Below are positions 32,999 through 41,677 of a stretch of DNA of 64,000 bases, in pieces. Origin of the DNA: Escherichia coli (GTDB lineage: Bacteria; Pseudomonadota; Gammaproteobacteria; Enterobacterales; Enterobacteriaceae); assembly GCF_003019035.1 (NCBI RefSeq), contig NZ_CP027447.1; one strand, given 5' to 3'. The notes below the pieces were generated by a model, which was not told where the DNA came from, did no database searches, and saw nothing but the letters and a program-made list of their open reading frames with translations. Both the position numbers and the translations under genes were made by a program. Each line of letters begins with the position of its first letter. The first letter of the stretch is position 1.

Positions 32999-33199
32999 AT
33001 GAAAGCGTATTGGGACTCTTTAACCAAAGAACAGCAGGGCGAGTTGGCCGGAAAAGTTGGCTCAACACCTGGCTACTTACGGCTGGTTTTCAATGGCTAT
33101 AAAAAAGCCAGTTTTGTGCTGGCTAAAAAACTTGAGCAATACACATCAGGTGCAATTACGAAATCTGACTTAAGACCGGATATCTATCCGAAAGATTAG
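32999..33199 (+). CDS. cro: Cro-like repressor
   Basis: 66-aa ORF (MKAYWDSLTKEQQGELAGKVGSTPGYLRLV...) with GGAGG RBS; HTH-like; divergent from cI. Confidence 0.6.
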   Translation: MKAYWDSLTKEQQGELAGKVGSTPGYLRLVFNGYKKASFVLAKKLEQYTSGAITKSDLRPDIYPKD

Positions 33200-33230
33200 C
33201 AGAACACTTTCAATTTTTAACCACAGAACG

Positions 33231-33794
33231 ATGAGGCTAATCGTGGGTAAGCATCACTGGAAAATAGAAAAACAGCCTGAGTGGTACGTGAAAGCTGTCA
33301 GAAAAACTATCGCGGCGTTGCCGGGTGGTTACGCTGAAGCGGCTGACTGGCTCGATGTAACAGAAAACGCTTTATTCAACCGCCTTCGTGCAGATGGCGA
33401 TCAGATTTTCCCGCTGGGATGGGCAATGGTTTTACAGCGTGCTGGTGGCACTCACTTCATTGCTGATGCTGTGGCGCAGTCTGCAAATGGCGTCTTTGTG
33501 TCTCTTCCTGACGTCGAGGATGTAGACAACGCCGATATCAACCAACGCCTGCTGGAGGTCATTGAACAGATCGGCAGTTATTCAAAACAGATTCGTTCAG
33601 CAATTGAAGACGGTGTAGTGGAACCACATGAGAAGACAGCAATTAACGATGAGCTGTACCTCTCAATTTCGAAGCTGCAGGAGCATGCAGCACTGGTCTA
33701 CAAAATCTTTTGCGTTTCAGAAAGTAGTGACGCCCGCGAGTGTGCAGCTCCGGGCGCCGTGGCGTGTCGTGACTGTGGAGAAACTAACGCATGA
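33231..33794 (+). CDS. Hypothetical regulatory protein at the cII position
   Basis: 187-aa ORF immediately after cro; Cys-rich C-terminus. Confidence 0.35.
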   Translation: MRLIVGKHHWKIEKQPEWYVKAVRKTIAALPGGYAEAADWLDVTENALFNRLRADGDQIFPLGWAMVLQRAGGTHFIADAVAQSANGVFVSLPDVEDVDNADINQRLLEVIEQIGSYSKQIRSAIEDGVVEPHEKTAINDELYLSISKLQEHAALVYKIFCVSESSDARECAAPGAVACRDCGETNA

Positions 33795-34149
33795 ACAGTT
33801 TAACAACACACTACCGTCGCTCGCAACTGATTGCGCTTCCGGTTCCGGGTGGAAAAGCGAAGGTGGAGTATTGCTATGCAGTGAATGTACCAGGTGACAG
33901 GGAAATTGTAACCCACAGCTTTGCAGAGTGGGCTGTGGGGGATTTCAACCGGCAGAAGGAGACAGTCCTTTGCGACAAGTTAACCGCTGGTTCAAAGATC
34001 ACTACGGAGTGCCCGTCAGAGTCATTCGTTGGGAGCCGGAAACACAACGGGTTATCTACCTCCGCGAAGGCTATGAGCATGAGTGCTTCAGCCCGCTCGA
34101 ACAGTTTCGTCGTAAATTCAGGGAAATAGAGGTCGGTCATGAGCACTAA
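33791..34149 (+). pseudogene. Hypothetical gene split across two frames (33791..34129 and 33928..34149)
   Basis: First ORF starts coupled to the upstream stop (ATGA); second ORF ends coupled to the O-like gene start; the two overlap in different frames. Confidence 0.3.
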
Positions 34150-35080
34150 ATTAACCGGCTATGTATGGGATGGTTGCGCTGCGTCAGGCATGAAGTTATC
34201 CAGCGTGGCAATTATGGCCCGCCTGGCTGATTTCAGTAATGACGAAGGTGTGTGCTGGCCATCAATTGAAACCATTGCCCGCCAGATTGGCGCGGGGATG
34301 AGCACCGTCAGAACGGCTATCGCACGGCTGGAAGCAGAAGGCTGGTTAACGCGTAAGGCGCGTCGCCAGGGTAACCGCAATGCGTCGAATGTTTATCAGC
34401 TTAACGTTGCGAAGCTTCAGGCAGCGGCATTTTCTCAACTGTCAGATTCTGACCCGTCAAAATCTGACGCATCAAAATCTGACCAGTCAAAATTTGATGC
34501 GTCGAAATCTGGCAAAAAAGCGGGTTTTCACCCGTCAGAATCTGGCGGGGATCCGTCAGTAAAATCAAAACATGATCCGTCAGATAAAAAACCTTCTCGT
34601 CCGGACGCTTCGCAACCGGACACGCAGACGGATGAACAGGATTTTTTAACTCGCCATCCTGATGCGGTTGTATTCAGCCCTAAAAAGCGCCAGTGGGGAA
34701 CGCAGGATGATTTGACCTGCGCACAGTGGCTCTGGAAAAAAATCATCGCCCTGTACGAGCAGGCCGCCGAGTGTGACGGCGAGGTGGTTCGTCCCAAAGA
34801 ACCTAACTGGACAGCCTGGGCAAACGAAATTCGCCTGATGTGTGTGCAGGATGGTCGTACTCACAAACAAATCTGCGAGATGTATAGCCGCGTCAGCCGC
34901 GATCCGTTCTGGTGCCGTAACGTGCTCAGCCCGTCGAAGCTGCGGGAAAAATGGGATGAGCTTTCCCTGCGCTTATCGCCGTCCGTCAGCACGTACACCG
35001 AAAAACGCGAAGACCCGTACTTCAAAGCCAGTTACGACAATGTGGACTACAGCCAGATCCCGGCAGGATTCAGGGGGTGA
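34139..35080 (+). CDS. Replication initiation protein (O-like; N-terminal HTH, central iteron-encoded linker)
   Basis: 313-aa ORF; N-terminal HTH-like region (GMSTVRTAIARLEAEGWLTRK); central SKSD/PSESG repeats encoded by DNA iterons. Confidence 0.65.
   Translation: MSTKLTGYVWDGCAASGMKLSSVAIMARLADFSNDEGVCWPSIETIARQIGAGMSTVRTAIARLEAEGWLTRKARRQGNRNASNVYQLNVAKLQAAAFSQLSDSDPSKSDASKSDQSKFDASKSGKKAGFHPSESGGDPSVKSKHDPSDKKPSRPDASQPDTQTDEQDFLTRHPDAVVFSPKKRQWGTQDDLTCAQWLWKKIIALYEQAAECDGEVVRPKEPNWTAWANEIRLMCVQDGRTHKQICEMYSRVSRDPFWCRNVLSPSKLREKWDELSLRLSPSVSTYTEKREDPYFKASYDNVDYSQIPAGFRG
34441..34590. repeat. Origin-like iterons inside the O-like gene
   Basis: At least five tandem ~15-bp repeats (cGTCAaAATCTGac) from 34441 to 34513, with further degenerate copies at 34531-34590. 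Confidence 0.6.
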
Positions 35081-35571
35081 TCATGAGTCTTTTGAATGAC
35101 GTTCAGAAATTCATTGAAGCCCATCCGGGGTGTACTTCCGGAGACATTGCGGATGCTTTTGCAGGTTACTCACGACAGCGCGTTCTGCAGTCAGCAAGCA
35201 AGTTACGTCAGAGTGGGCGTGTGGCTCACCGTTGTGAAGGGGATACACGCAGACATTTCCCGCGGCTGACTGAGATACCGCAGGAGCCGGAACCGCAACC
35301 AGTTCGTGAATCCAGACCTGTGCGCAATTTCTATGTCGGCACTAACGATCCCCGGGTGATTTTGTGCCTGACCCGCCAGGCGGAAGAACTGGAGTCCAGG
35401 GGCTTATACCGTCGTGCTGCAACGGTGTGGATGGCGGCATTCCGTGAAAGCCACTCCCAGCAAGAGCGAAACAATTTTCTTGCGCGTCGTGAGCGGTGTT
35501 TACGGAAAAGCAGCAAGCGCGCTGTATCGGGTGAAGAGTGGTATCTGTCAGGGAATTACGTGGGGGCTTAA
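35077..35571 (+). CDS. Hypothetical protein (possible PerC/ANR-like regulator)
   Basis: 164-aa ORF; Arg-rich helical C-terminus; family assignment is a weak recollection. Confidence 0.3.
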   Translation: MIMSLLNDVQKFIEAHPGCTSGDIADAFAGYSRQRVLQSASKLRQSGRVAHRCEGDTRRHFPRLTEIPQEPEPQPVRESRPVRNFYVGTNDPRVILCLTRQAEELESRGLYRRAATVWMAAFRESHSQQERNNFLARRERCLRKSSKRAVSGEEWYLSGNYVGA

Positions 35572-35897
35572 TGACGACGTTAACTCAATGCCAGCAGCAG
35601 GTGCTGGATATGCTGATTTCTTATCAGAAAGAGCGTGGCTTTCCGCCAACCAATCAGGAGGTGGCAACCATGCTGGGATACCGTTCGGTGAATGCAGCGG
35701 TGGAGCATCTTCGCGCACTGGAGAAAAAAGGTGTCATCACGATAAAGCGTGGCGTGGCCCGGGGTATCACTCTTCATACCGCGGTGAAGGACGACGACAG
35801 CGAGGCGGTCGGGATTATCCGCTCACTGCTTGCCGGTGAGGAAAACGCAAGGCTGCGTGCAACCCACTGGTTACATGAGAGGGGCCTGAAAGTATGA
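35571..35897 (+). CDS. LexA N-terminal DNA-binding-domain-like protein (no peptidase domain)
   Basis: ORF-track 35538..35897; ATG at 35571 gives MTTLTQCQQQVLDMLISYQKERGFPPTNQEVATMLGYRSVNAAVEHLRALEKKGVITIKRGVARGITL, which parallels the LexA N-domain; ends after about 108 aa. Confidence 0.6.
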   Translation: MTTLTQCQQQVLDMLISYQKERGFPPTNQEVATMLGYRSVNAAVEHLRALEKKGVITIKRGVARGITLHTAVKDDDSEAVGIIRSLLAGEENARLRATHWLHERGLKV

Positions 35898-36283
35898 AGC
35901 TGATCCTGCCTTTCCCGCCCAGCGTGAACACGTACTGGCGACACCCCAACAAAGGGGCGTTTGCTGGTAAGAGCCTGATAAGCGCGGCGGGGCGAAAATT
36001 CCAGAGCGCGGCGTGCGCAGCAATAGTTGAGCAGTTACGTCGTCTGCCAAAACCAACGTCGGCACCTGCTTCAGTGGAGATCGTGTTGTTTCCTCCGGAT
36101 AACCGGATCCGCGATCTGGACAACTATAACAAGGCGCTGTTTGACGCCCTGACCCACGCGGGTGTGTGGGAAGACGACAGTCAGGTGAAAAGAATGCTGG
36201 TGGAGTGGGGACCGGTTATCCCGGAAGGGAAGGTCGAGATCACTATCAGTAAGTACGAGAAACCGGCGGGTGCAGCCGCCTGA
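35894..36283 (+). CDS. rusA: Holliday-junction resolvase RusA
   Basis: 129-aa ORF; RusA-like catalytic region (RDLDNYNKALFDALTHAGVWEDDSQV). Confidence 0.85.
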   Translation: MKLILPFPPSVNTYWRHPNKGAFAGKSLISAAGRKFQSAACAAIVEQLRRLPKPTSAPASVEIVLFPPDNRIRDLDNYNKALFDALTHAGVWEDDSQVKRMLVEWGPVIPEGKVEITISKYEKPAGAAA

Positions 36284-36302
36284 TTAAGAGGAGAAACGAA
36301 GT

Positions 36303-37100
36303 ATGAATAATCTGATGGTCATTGATGGTATTGAAGTTCGTCGTGATGCTTATGGGCGTTACAGCCTGAACGATCTGCACAGGGCTGCCGGTTCTCTGGA
36401 TAAGCATAAGCCTGCATTCTGGCTCCGCAATGAGCAAACTGAACGTTTAATAAGCGAGTTGCAGATTTGCAACTCGGTCAATATAGAGCCAGTTAACGTT
36501 ATTCGTGGTGGAAATAACCAGGGGACGTATGTCTGCAAAGAACTGGTGTATGCCTATGCAATGTGGATCAGCCCGTCATTCCATCTGAAGGTGATCCGTA
36601 CTTTCGACATGGTAACCAGCGCACCTGAAAAATTATCCGGACAGGCTGCTGACAAGATGCAGGCTGGCGTGATTCTGCTGGACTTTATGCGCCGGGAGTT
36701 AAATCTGTCTAACTCTTCAGTGCTTGGAGCCTGTCAGAAACTTCAGGAGGCTGTTGGCTTACCGAATCTGGCACCGCGCTATGCCATTGATGCTCCTGCT
36801 GATGCACACGATGGCTCAAGTCGCCCTACGCTGTCACTGAGTGCACTGCTGAAACAGTATGGTATCCGCCTGACGGCTAATCAGGCATATCACCAGATGG
36901 TGAAGCTGGGGATCGTCGAGCAGCGCGAACGATACAGCCGTACCGCGATTAACAACATCAAAAAATTCTGGTCGCTGACAGCGAAAGGCTGCATGTTCGG
37001 CAAGAACATCACCAGTCCCGCAAATCCGCGCGAGACGCAGCCGCATTTCTTCGAGTCCCGATTCCCTGAGCTGTTAAAGCTGCTCGATACCGTTCATTGA
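36303..37100 (+). CDS. KilA-N domain protein (antirepressor-like)
   Basis: 265-aa ORF; KilA-N-like N-terminus (VIDGIEVRRDAYGRYSLNDLHRAAG...PAFWLRNEQTERLISEL). Confidence 0.65.
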   Translation: MNNLMVIDGIEVRRDAYGRYSLNDLHRAAGSLDKHKPAFWLRNEQTERLISELQICNSVNIEPVNVIRGGNNQGTYVCKELVYAYAMWISPSFHLKVIRTFDMVTSAPEKLSGQAADKMQAGVILLDFMRRELNLSNSSVLGACQKLQEAVGLPNLAPRYAIDAPADAHDGSSRPTLSLSALLKQYGIRLTANQAYHQMVKLGIVEQRERYSRTAINNIKKFWSLTAKGCMFGKNITSPANPRETQPHFFESRFPELLKLLDTVH

Positions 37101-37101
37101 G

Positions 37102-38097
37102 GTGACCGTGAGAGCACTACTGACCCCTGAAATTGCCCCGCGTATGGGGATCGTATTGTTCAGACCAGGTTCAGAGCTGATGCCCCTGTTTATGCAGGGG
37201 CGTGTCCTGCTGGAGCCTGAGCCGGAACGTTATTCATCTTTCGCCAGTGGTGCCGTTCCGGCGGCATCACAACCGCTGGCGGATGATCCTGCCGTTCGGG
37301 CCGTGTTCCGCAATGAGGCAGTGATCCGTCGTGCTGGTGGCGTGGAATGTCTTGAAAGCTGGTTACTTCGTGAAAAAGGCTGCCAGTGGCCTCATTCCGA
37401 CTGGCACAGCGAGAACATGACCACAATGCGACACGCTCCGGGCGCAATCCGTCTGTGCTGGCACTGCGATAACCAGCTGCGCGATCAGTTCACGGAACGG
37501 CTGGAATCAATGGCAACGGATAACTGTGCCCGCTGGGTGTTGTCTGTTGTGCGTCGGGATCTTGGTTTTGATGACAGTCACGTTGTGACAATGCCGGAAC
37601 TGTGCTGGTGGCTGGTTCGTAATGATCTGGCGGATGCCTTACCGGAAAGCGCAGCCCGTAAGGCACTGAGATTACCGAAGCCTGTTGTGCAGGCGGTCAC
37701 CCGGGAAAGTGACCTTGTACCTTCGGTTCCTGCCACCAGCATTATCCAGGATAAAGCGAAAAAGGTGCTGGCGCTGAAAGTGGATCCGGAGTCGCCGGAG
37801 TCTTTTATGTTACGCCCAAAACGCCGCCGCTGGGTTAATGAAAAGTACACGCGCTGGGTTAAGACACAGCCGTGTGCATGTTGTGGAAAGCCTGCTGATG
37901 ATCCCCACCACCTGATAGGTCACGGTCAGGGTGGAATGGGTACAAAAGCGCATGACCTCTTTGTGTTGCCTTTGTGCAGAAAGCATCACGACGAGCTGCA
38001 TGCGGATACCGTGGCATTTGAAGAGAAGTATGGCTCCCAGCTGGAGCTGATATTTCGTTTTATCGATCGTGCACTGGCAATTGGCGTGCTGGCCTGA
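37102..38097 (+). CDS. DUF968-like prophage protein
   Basis: 331-aa ORF with GTG start; Cys/His-rich C-terminus (CACCGKPADDPHHLIGHGQGGMGTKAHD...CRKHHDELH). Confidence 0.5.
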   Translation: MTVRALLTPEIAPRMGIVLFRPGSELMPLFMQGRVLLEPEPERYSSFASGAVPAASQPLADDPAVRAVFRNEAVIRRAGGVECLESWLLREKGCQWPHSDWHSENMTTMRHAPGAIRLCWHCDNQLRDQFTERLESMATDNCARWVLSVVRRDLGFDDSHVVTMPELCWWLVRNDLADALPESAARKALRLPKPVVQAVTRESDLVPSVPATSIIQDKAKKVLALKVDPESPESFMLRPKRRRWVNEKYTRWVKTQPCACCGKPADDPHHLIGHGQGGMGTKAHDLFVLPLCRKHHDELHADTVAFEEKYGSQLELIFRFIDRALAIGVLA

Positions 38098-38114
38098 TTT
38101 TGTGGAGAAAGTTG

Positions 38115-38456
38115 ATGCGTGATATGTATGAAGTATTGGACCGCTGGGGTGCATGGGCTGCAGCAGATAACAGTGGTGTGGACTGGCAGCCTGTTGCTGC
38201 AGGGTTTAAAGGTTTACTACCTCATGGAAAGAAAACACGCCAACAATGCGATGATGATGAAGGAATCATGATTGACAGCTGTGTTGCGCGATTGCGGAAA
38301 TATAAGCCCGAAGAGTATGAGTTGGTTATTGCTCATTTTGTTATCGGCATCTCACTAAGAACTATTGCAAAGAAGCAGAAGTGTTCTGATGGGACAATAA
38401 GAAAAGAGTTGCAAACAGCTCTTGGTTTTCTGGATGGTGTGCTTTCAATGTTGTAA
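38115..38456 (+). CDS. Late-gene antiterminator Q (QuuD-like)
   Basis: ORF-track 38100..38456; ATG at 38115 with GGAGAAAG RBS; MRDMYEVLDRWGAWAA... parallels DLP12 QuuD from memory. Confidence 0.7.
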   Translation: MRDMYEVLDRWGAWAAADNSGVDWQPVAAGFKGLLPHGKKTRQQCDDDEGIMIDSCVARLRKYKPEEYELVIAHFVIGISLRTIAKKQKCSDGTIRKELQTALGFLDGVLSML

Positions 38457-38461
38457 TATTA

Positions 38462-38484
38462 GGGGGAATTACCCCCCTTTTTTT
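38462..38484 (+). terminator. Rho-independent terminator after Q, overlapping the 3' end of the convergent membrane-protein gene
   Basis: ggggg-aatta-cccccc hairpin followed by a 7-T run. Confidence 0.5.
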
Positions 38485-39017
38485 CTCTGTTGCTTTAATA
38501 AAATTTTGATATTTTGTCTGATTATGATGAGGCAATGTAATAAAAGAAATACCGTTAGTATTGCAAGCCATACGCAAAATAAGCATGCATATAAATTAGT
38601 TGAAAGTCCAATAGTGAATTGTGCAATTGCTGTTGTGATAGAACATAATATTGATGTATTAATAAATGAGGATAAATTGTCTAAAGGTTTATAAAGTACA
38701 CTATCATTGATTTTGTCAATAGGTATACCAGTGGCAATGCTATAAATTTCCTTATATTCCTGAGTTGCAAAAACCTTATCGCGTAAATTTATTATGACAA
38801 AGGTATGCAGGCTCAATAAAAATGAGCCCACGGAAATAAAACCGGAGAAGAGATAGCCTCGTAAGTTTTTATGATAAAAATCAAAAAAGTTAACACTTAC
38901 TTTAGGTGTGTTTCTGTACAATAGGTAAAGTGCAAGCAATGCCAGGATCGAGAATGCAAGCAGTGTAAGGTACTGATACCTCAATCTTTTATTTATTAGC
39001 CATTCATATAAAGGCAT
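38469..39017 (-). CDS. Unassigned 182-aa four-helix integral membrane protein (gene B of AT-rich cassette)
   Basis: ORF-track; four hydrophobic segments (approx. residues 17-35, 54-78, 119-143, 144-166); basic C-terminus (RQNIKILLKQQRKKGG); start overlaps gene A stop by 14 nt; very AT-rich codon usage. Confidence 0.6.
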   Translation of the reverse strand: MPLYEWLINKRLRYQYLTLLAFSILALLALYLLYRNTPKVSVNFFDFYHKNLRGYLFSGFISVGSFLLSLHTFVIINLRDKVFATQEYKEIYSIATGIPIDKINDSVLYKPLDNLSSFINTSILCSITTAIAQFTIGLSTNLYACLFCVWLAILTVFLLLHCLIIIRQNIKILLKQQRKKGG

Positions 39018-39930
39018 TTTTATTCGTCCCGTTCAGCATTTCTTCTTTTATCATATCAAAAACAGGGTTTGTTGTATAATTATCGTTTGTCAATCCATTG
39101 ACTTTATCGGCAATTATATCGAAATCGTATGTTTCAAAAAAAACAGGGCAGTTCATAAAATCAATGGTTTTTTCTATTCCTGCATGGTTTACTGCAATAA
39201 CCTGTGCTTTAGTAACTCCACTCATAGAATTATAAATATTTGAAAGATTCTGAGATAGTTGTTGCACTTTTGTTCTGTCGCTAGAATTAAAATTCATATC
39301 TATTGTGGTGGTGTTAACAAATTGTTCAAGCGCAGTCATTGGTCCACCTTTAAAATCTATATAATTAAATTTAAAGCTTGTGCTTTTAATCTCTTTGAAT
39401 TGACATAAAACACTCTGAATGTTGTTTTTATTTGTCATAAGGCTGAAAGTCAGTCTTTCTTTGTATTTTTTATTTATTGCAGTTACTTCTTTTTGTTTTG
39501 GTTTATCACCAAGTTTTTTTATTTCTTCTTTATTTTGATTTCTGATAAATTCATTACTTATTGTTTCTAAATGAGAAAAGAGAGTGTTCAGACTGCATGA
39601 ACCGTGGTGATACATATAGAGACCAGAAAGATTAGATTTTTTAATTAAGAAAAAGTTGAAATTAGCAAGTTTGTCACTTCCTTGAAGATCTTCAATTTTA
39701 AGCTGGAATTTACCATCAACAAATTGCGACTTACAGTTCTTTTTTTGGTTTCTGAATGTGACAACTAATCCATAATAGAAATCATTCACATCCGAAATGA
39801 GAATTTTACGAGTATAGTCTGTGCGACTGTGTTCTCTGTTTGATGCGTTGATAAAAGCATTCATTACGTCAACGGTATTAATATTTTTGTTATTGTTATT
39901 TATTGTAAATCCTATGCTTCTAACTTTCAT
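39004..39930 (-). CDS. Unassigned 308-aa soluble protein (gene A of AT-rich cassette)
   Basis: ORF-track; Asn/Lys-rich; no hydrophobic helices; no Walker A or nucleotidyltransferase motif seen; AT-rich. Confidence 0.6.
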   Translation of the reverse strand: MKVRSIGFTINNNNKNINTVDVMNAFINASNREHSRTDYTRKILISDVNDFYYGLVVTFRNQKKNCKSQFVDGKFQLKIEDLQGSDKLANFNFFLIKKSNLSGLYMYHHGSCSLNTLFSHLETISNEFIRNQNKEEIKKLGDKPKQKEVTAINKKYKERLTFSLMTNKNNIQSVLCQFKEIKSTSFKFNYIDFKGGPMTALEQFVNTTTIDMNFNSSDRTKVQQLSQNLSNIYNSMSGVTKAQVIAVNHAGIEKTIDFMNCPVFFETYDFDIIADKVNGLTNDNYTTNPVFDMIKEEMLNGTNKNAFI

Positions 39931-40048
39931 GTGTATTCCAGGACCGACTAAAGATAGCGAGAATGGGGACGCATAGTTTATAAAAATCCTAACGCGTACG
40001 CAAAAAGTATTATATCGTGTTAAGAGTGGTTACTTCGCCACACAACTT

Positions 40049-40073
40049 AAACCCGCCGCTGAGCGGTTTTTTT
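40049..40073 (+). terminator. Candidate terminator (possible tR'-like element of late promoter region)
   Basis: Short ccgc...gcgg hairpin followed by a 7-T run, in the intergenic region between the cassette and late genes. Confidence 0.3.
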
Positions 40074-40194
40074 GTACCTGTAAACCTTGTGCAGTACAGT
40101 AAACACGCTGGTGGTCGTGAATACTGGCTTTTTATCTTGCTGGCTTTTTAGACAAGAGTTATTGGTATGTCATGTTAACCAGAAGGGAAAAGAC

Positions 40195-40398
40195 ATGCTA
40201 AAACAGCAAGATATGACAGAAACCGCCGCCGCAGTCCTTCATTTCTTACCTGCTGACAAGTGGGTAACGCCACGCATGATGACGAGAACTACCGGAGTAA
40301 GCGAAGCCCGGTGCCAGTTAATACTGACTCAGTTAGTTCTGGCGGGTCTGGCGAAGGATAACGGCGGGTACGGGAATAAATTCAGACGCTGCCAGTAA
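40195..40398 (+). CDS. Small hypothetical protein (67 aa)
   Basis: ORF-track 40087..40398; ATG at 40195 with AGAAGGGAAAAG RBS; MLKQQDMTETAAAVLHFLPADKWVTPRMMTRTTGVSEARCQLILTQLVLAGLAKDNGG. Confidence 0.4.
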   Translation: MLKQQDMTETAAAVLHFLPADKWVTPRMMTRTTGVSEARCQLILTQLVLAGLAKDNGGYGNKFRRCQ

Positions 40399-40548
40399 TG
40401 GCGGTTTCCTGCTGTGAAAATGGGCGGCTGGTGGGTGTTGGTAGCACCTGCCAGCCATTCGCTCATGCTTACTGGTCACAAGCGAACCACGGCCCACTGC
40501 TTTAGCGCAAAAGCAGAGTGAGCCTACCAGAGTTACGCTTACTGATCC

Positions 40549-41601
40549 ATGAAAAATACTGTAAAAATAAACAGTGTTGATTTAATCAACGCTGATTGCC
40601 TGCATTTTATTCAGTCCCTGCCTGATGATTCCATTGACCTGATTGTTACCGATCCGCCTTACTTCAAGGTGAAACCTAACGGTTGGGACAATCAGTGGAA
40701 AGGGGACGAAGATTACCTTAAGTGGCTGGACCACTGTCTGGCCCAGTTCTGGCGGGTGTTAAAACCTGCCGGAAGCCTTTACCTGTTCTGTGGGCATCGC
40801 CTGGCATCTGATATTGAGATCATGATGCGTGAACGTTTCAACGTGCTTAACCATATCATCTGGGCGAAGCCGTCCGGACGTTGGAATGGGTGTAATAAAG
40901 AAAGTCTGCGCGCATATTTTCCTGCCACAGAGCGCGTTCTGTTTGCTGAACATTACCAGGGGCCATATCGCGGCAAAAGTGACGGCTATGCGGCAAAAGA
41001 AAGGGAACTCAAACAGCACATAATGGCACCGCTGATATCGTATTTCAGGGATGCTCGTGCCGAACTGGGTATAACGGCAAAACAAATTGCCGAAGCCACA
41101 GGTAAGAAAAATATGGTTTCCCACTGGTTTGGTGCCAGTCAGTGGCAGTTGCCGAATGAGGCTGACTATCGGAAGTTACAGGCACTGTTTTCCCGTATAG
41201 CGGCAGAGAAGTTTCAGGAACAACAACTGGAACAACCACACCACCAGCTGGTGGCATCTTATGATTCACTGAATCGCAAATATTCTGAATTGCTGGATGA
41301 GTTTAAATCTCTCCGGCGCTATTTCTCCGTATCAGTCTCCGTGCCTTATACCGATGTCTGGACGCATAAGCCCGTTCAGTTCTACCCGGGTAAACATCCG
41401 TGCGAGAAACCGGCGGATATGCTCCGGCAAATAATCAATGCCAGTAGTCGACCTGGTGATCTGGTTGCTGATTTCTTTATGGGATCCGGTTCCACAATAA
41501 AAGCAGCAATGGCGCTGGGGCGTCGGGCGTTAGGTGTTGAACTTGAGTCAGAGCGGTTTAATCAGACGGTGAAAGAGGTAAGTGAACTGGTGGGGAAATA
41601 A
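40549..41601 (+). CDS. DNA methyltransferase (N6-adenine / N4-cytosine class, DPPY motif), orphan
   Basis: 350-aa ORF; catalytic motif IVTDPPYF near N-terminus and AdoMet-binding-like C-terminus (DLVADFFMGSGST); no adjacent restriction gene recognised. Confidence 0.8.
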   Translation: MKNTVKINSVDLINADCLHFIQSLPDDSIDLIVTDPPYFKVKPNGWDNQWKGDEDYLKWLDHCLAQFWRVLKPAGSLYLFCGHRLASDIEIMMRERFNVLNHIIWAKPSGRWNGCNKESLRAYFPATERVLFAEHYQGPYRGKSDGYAAKERELKQHIMAPLISYFRDARAELGITAKQIAEATGKKNMVSHWFGASQWQLPNEADYRKLQALFSRIAAEKFQEQQLEQPHHQLVASYDSLNRKYSELLDEFKSLRRYFSVSVSVPYTDVWTHKPVQFYPGKHPCEKPADMLRQIINASSRPGDLVADFFMGSGSTIKAAMALGRRALGVELESERFNQTVKEVSELVGK

Positions 41602-41677
41602 TTCTGGTGGCCACGTTGCGTGGCCTTTTTATTTCCAACACAGCACCCGCAAATATCGCGAGGTGAGAGATGACGAA

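Noticed and set aside
39004-39930. CBASS cyclase (CD-NTase) assignment for the 308-aa cassette protein
   Set aside because: No GS...DxD nucleotidyltransferase motif could be found by eye, so the assignment is not supported.
38469-39930. Kiwa (KwaA/KwaB) assignment for the cassette
   Set aside because: As I recall, Kiwa places the membrane protein first; here the soluble protein is first, and I see no diagnostic motif.
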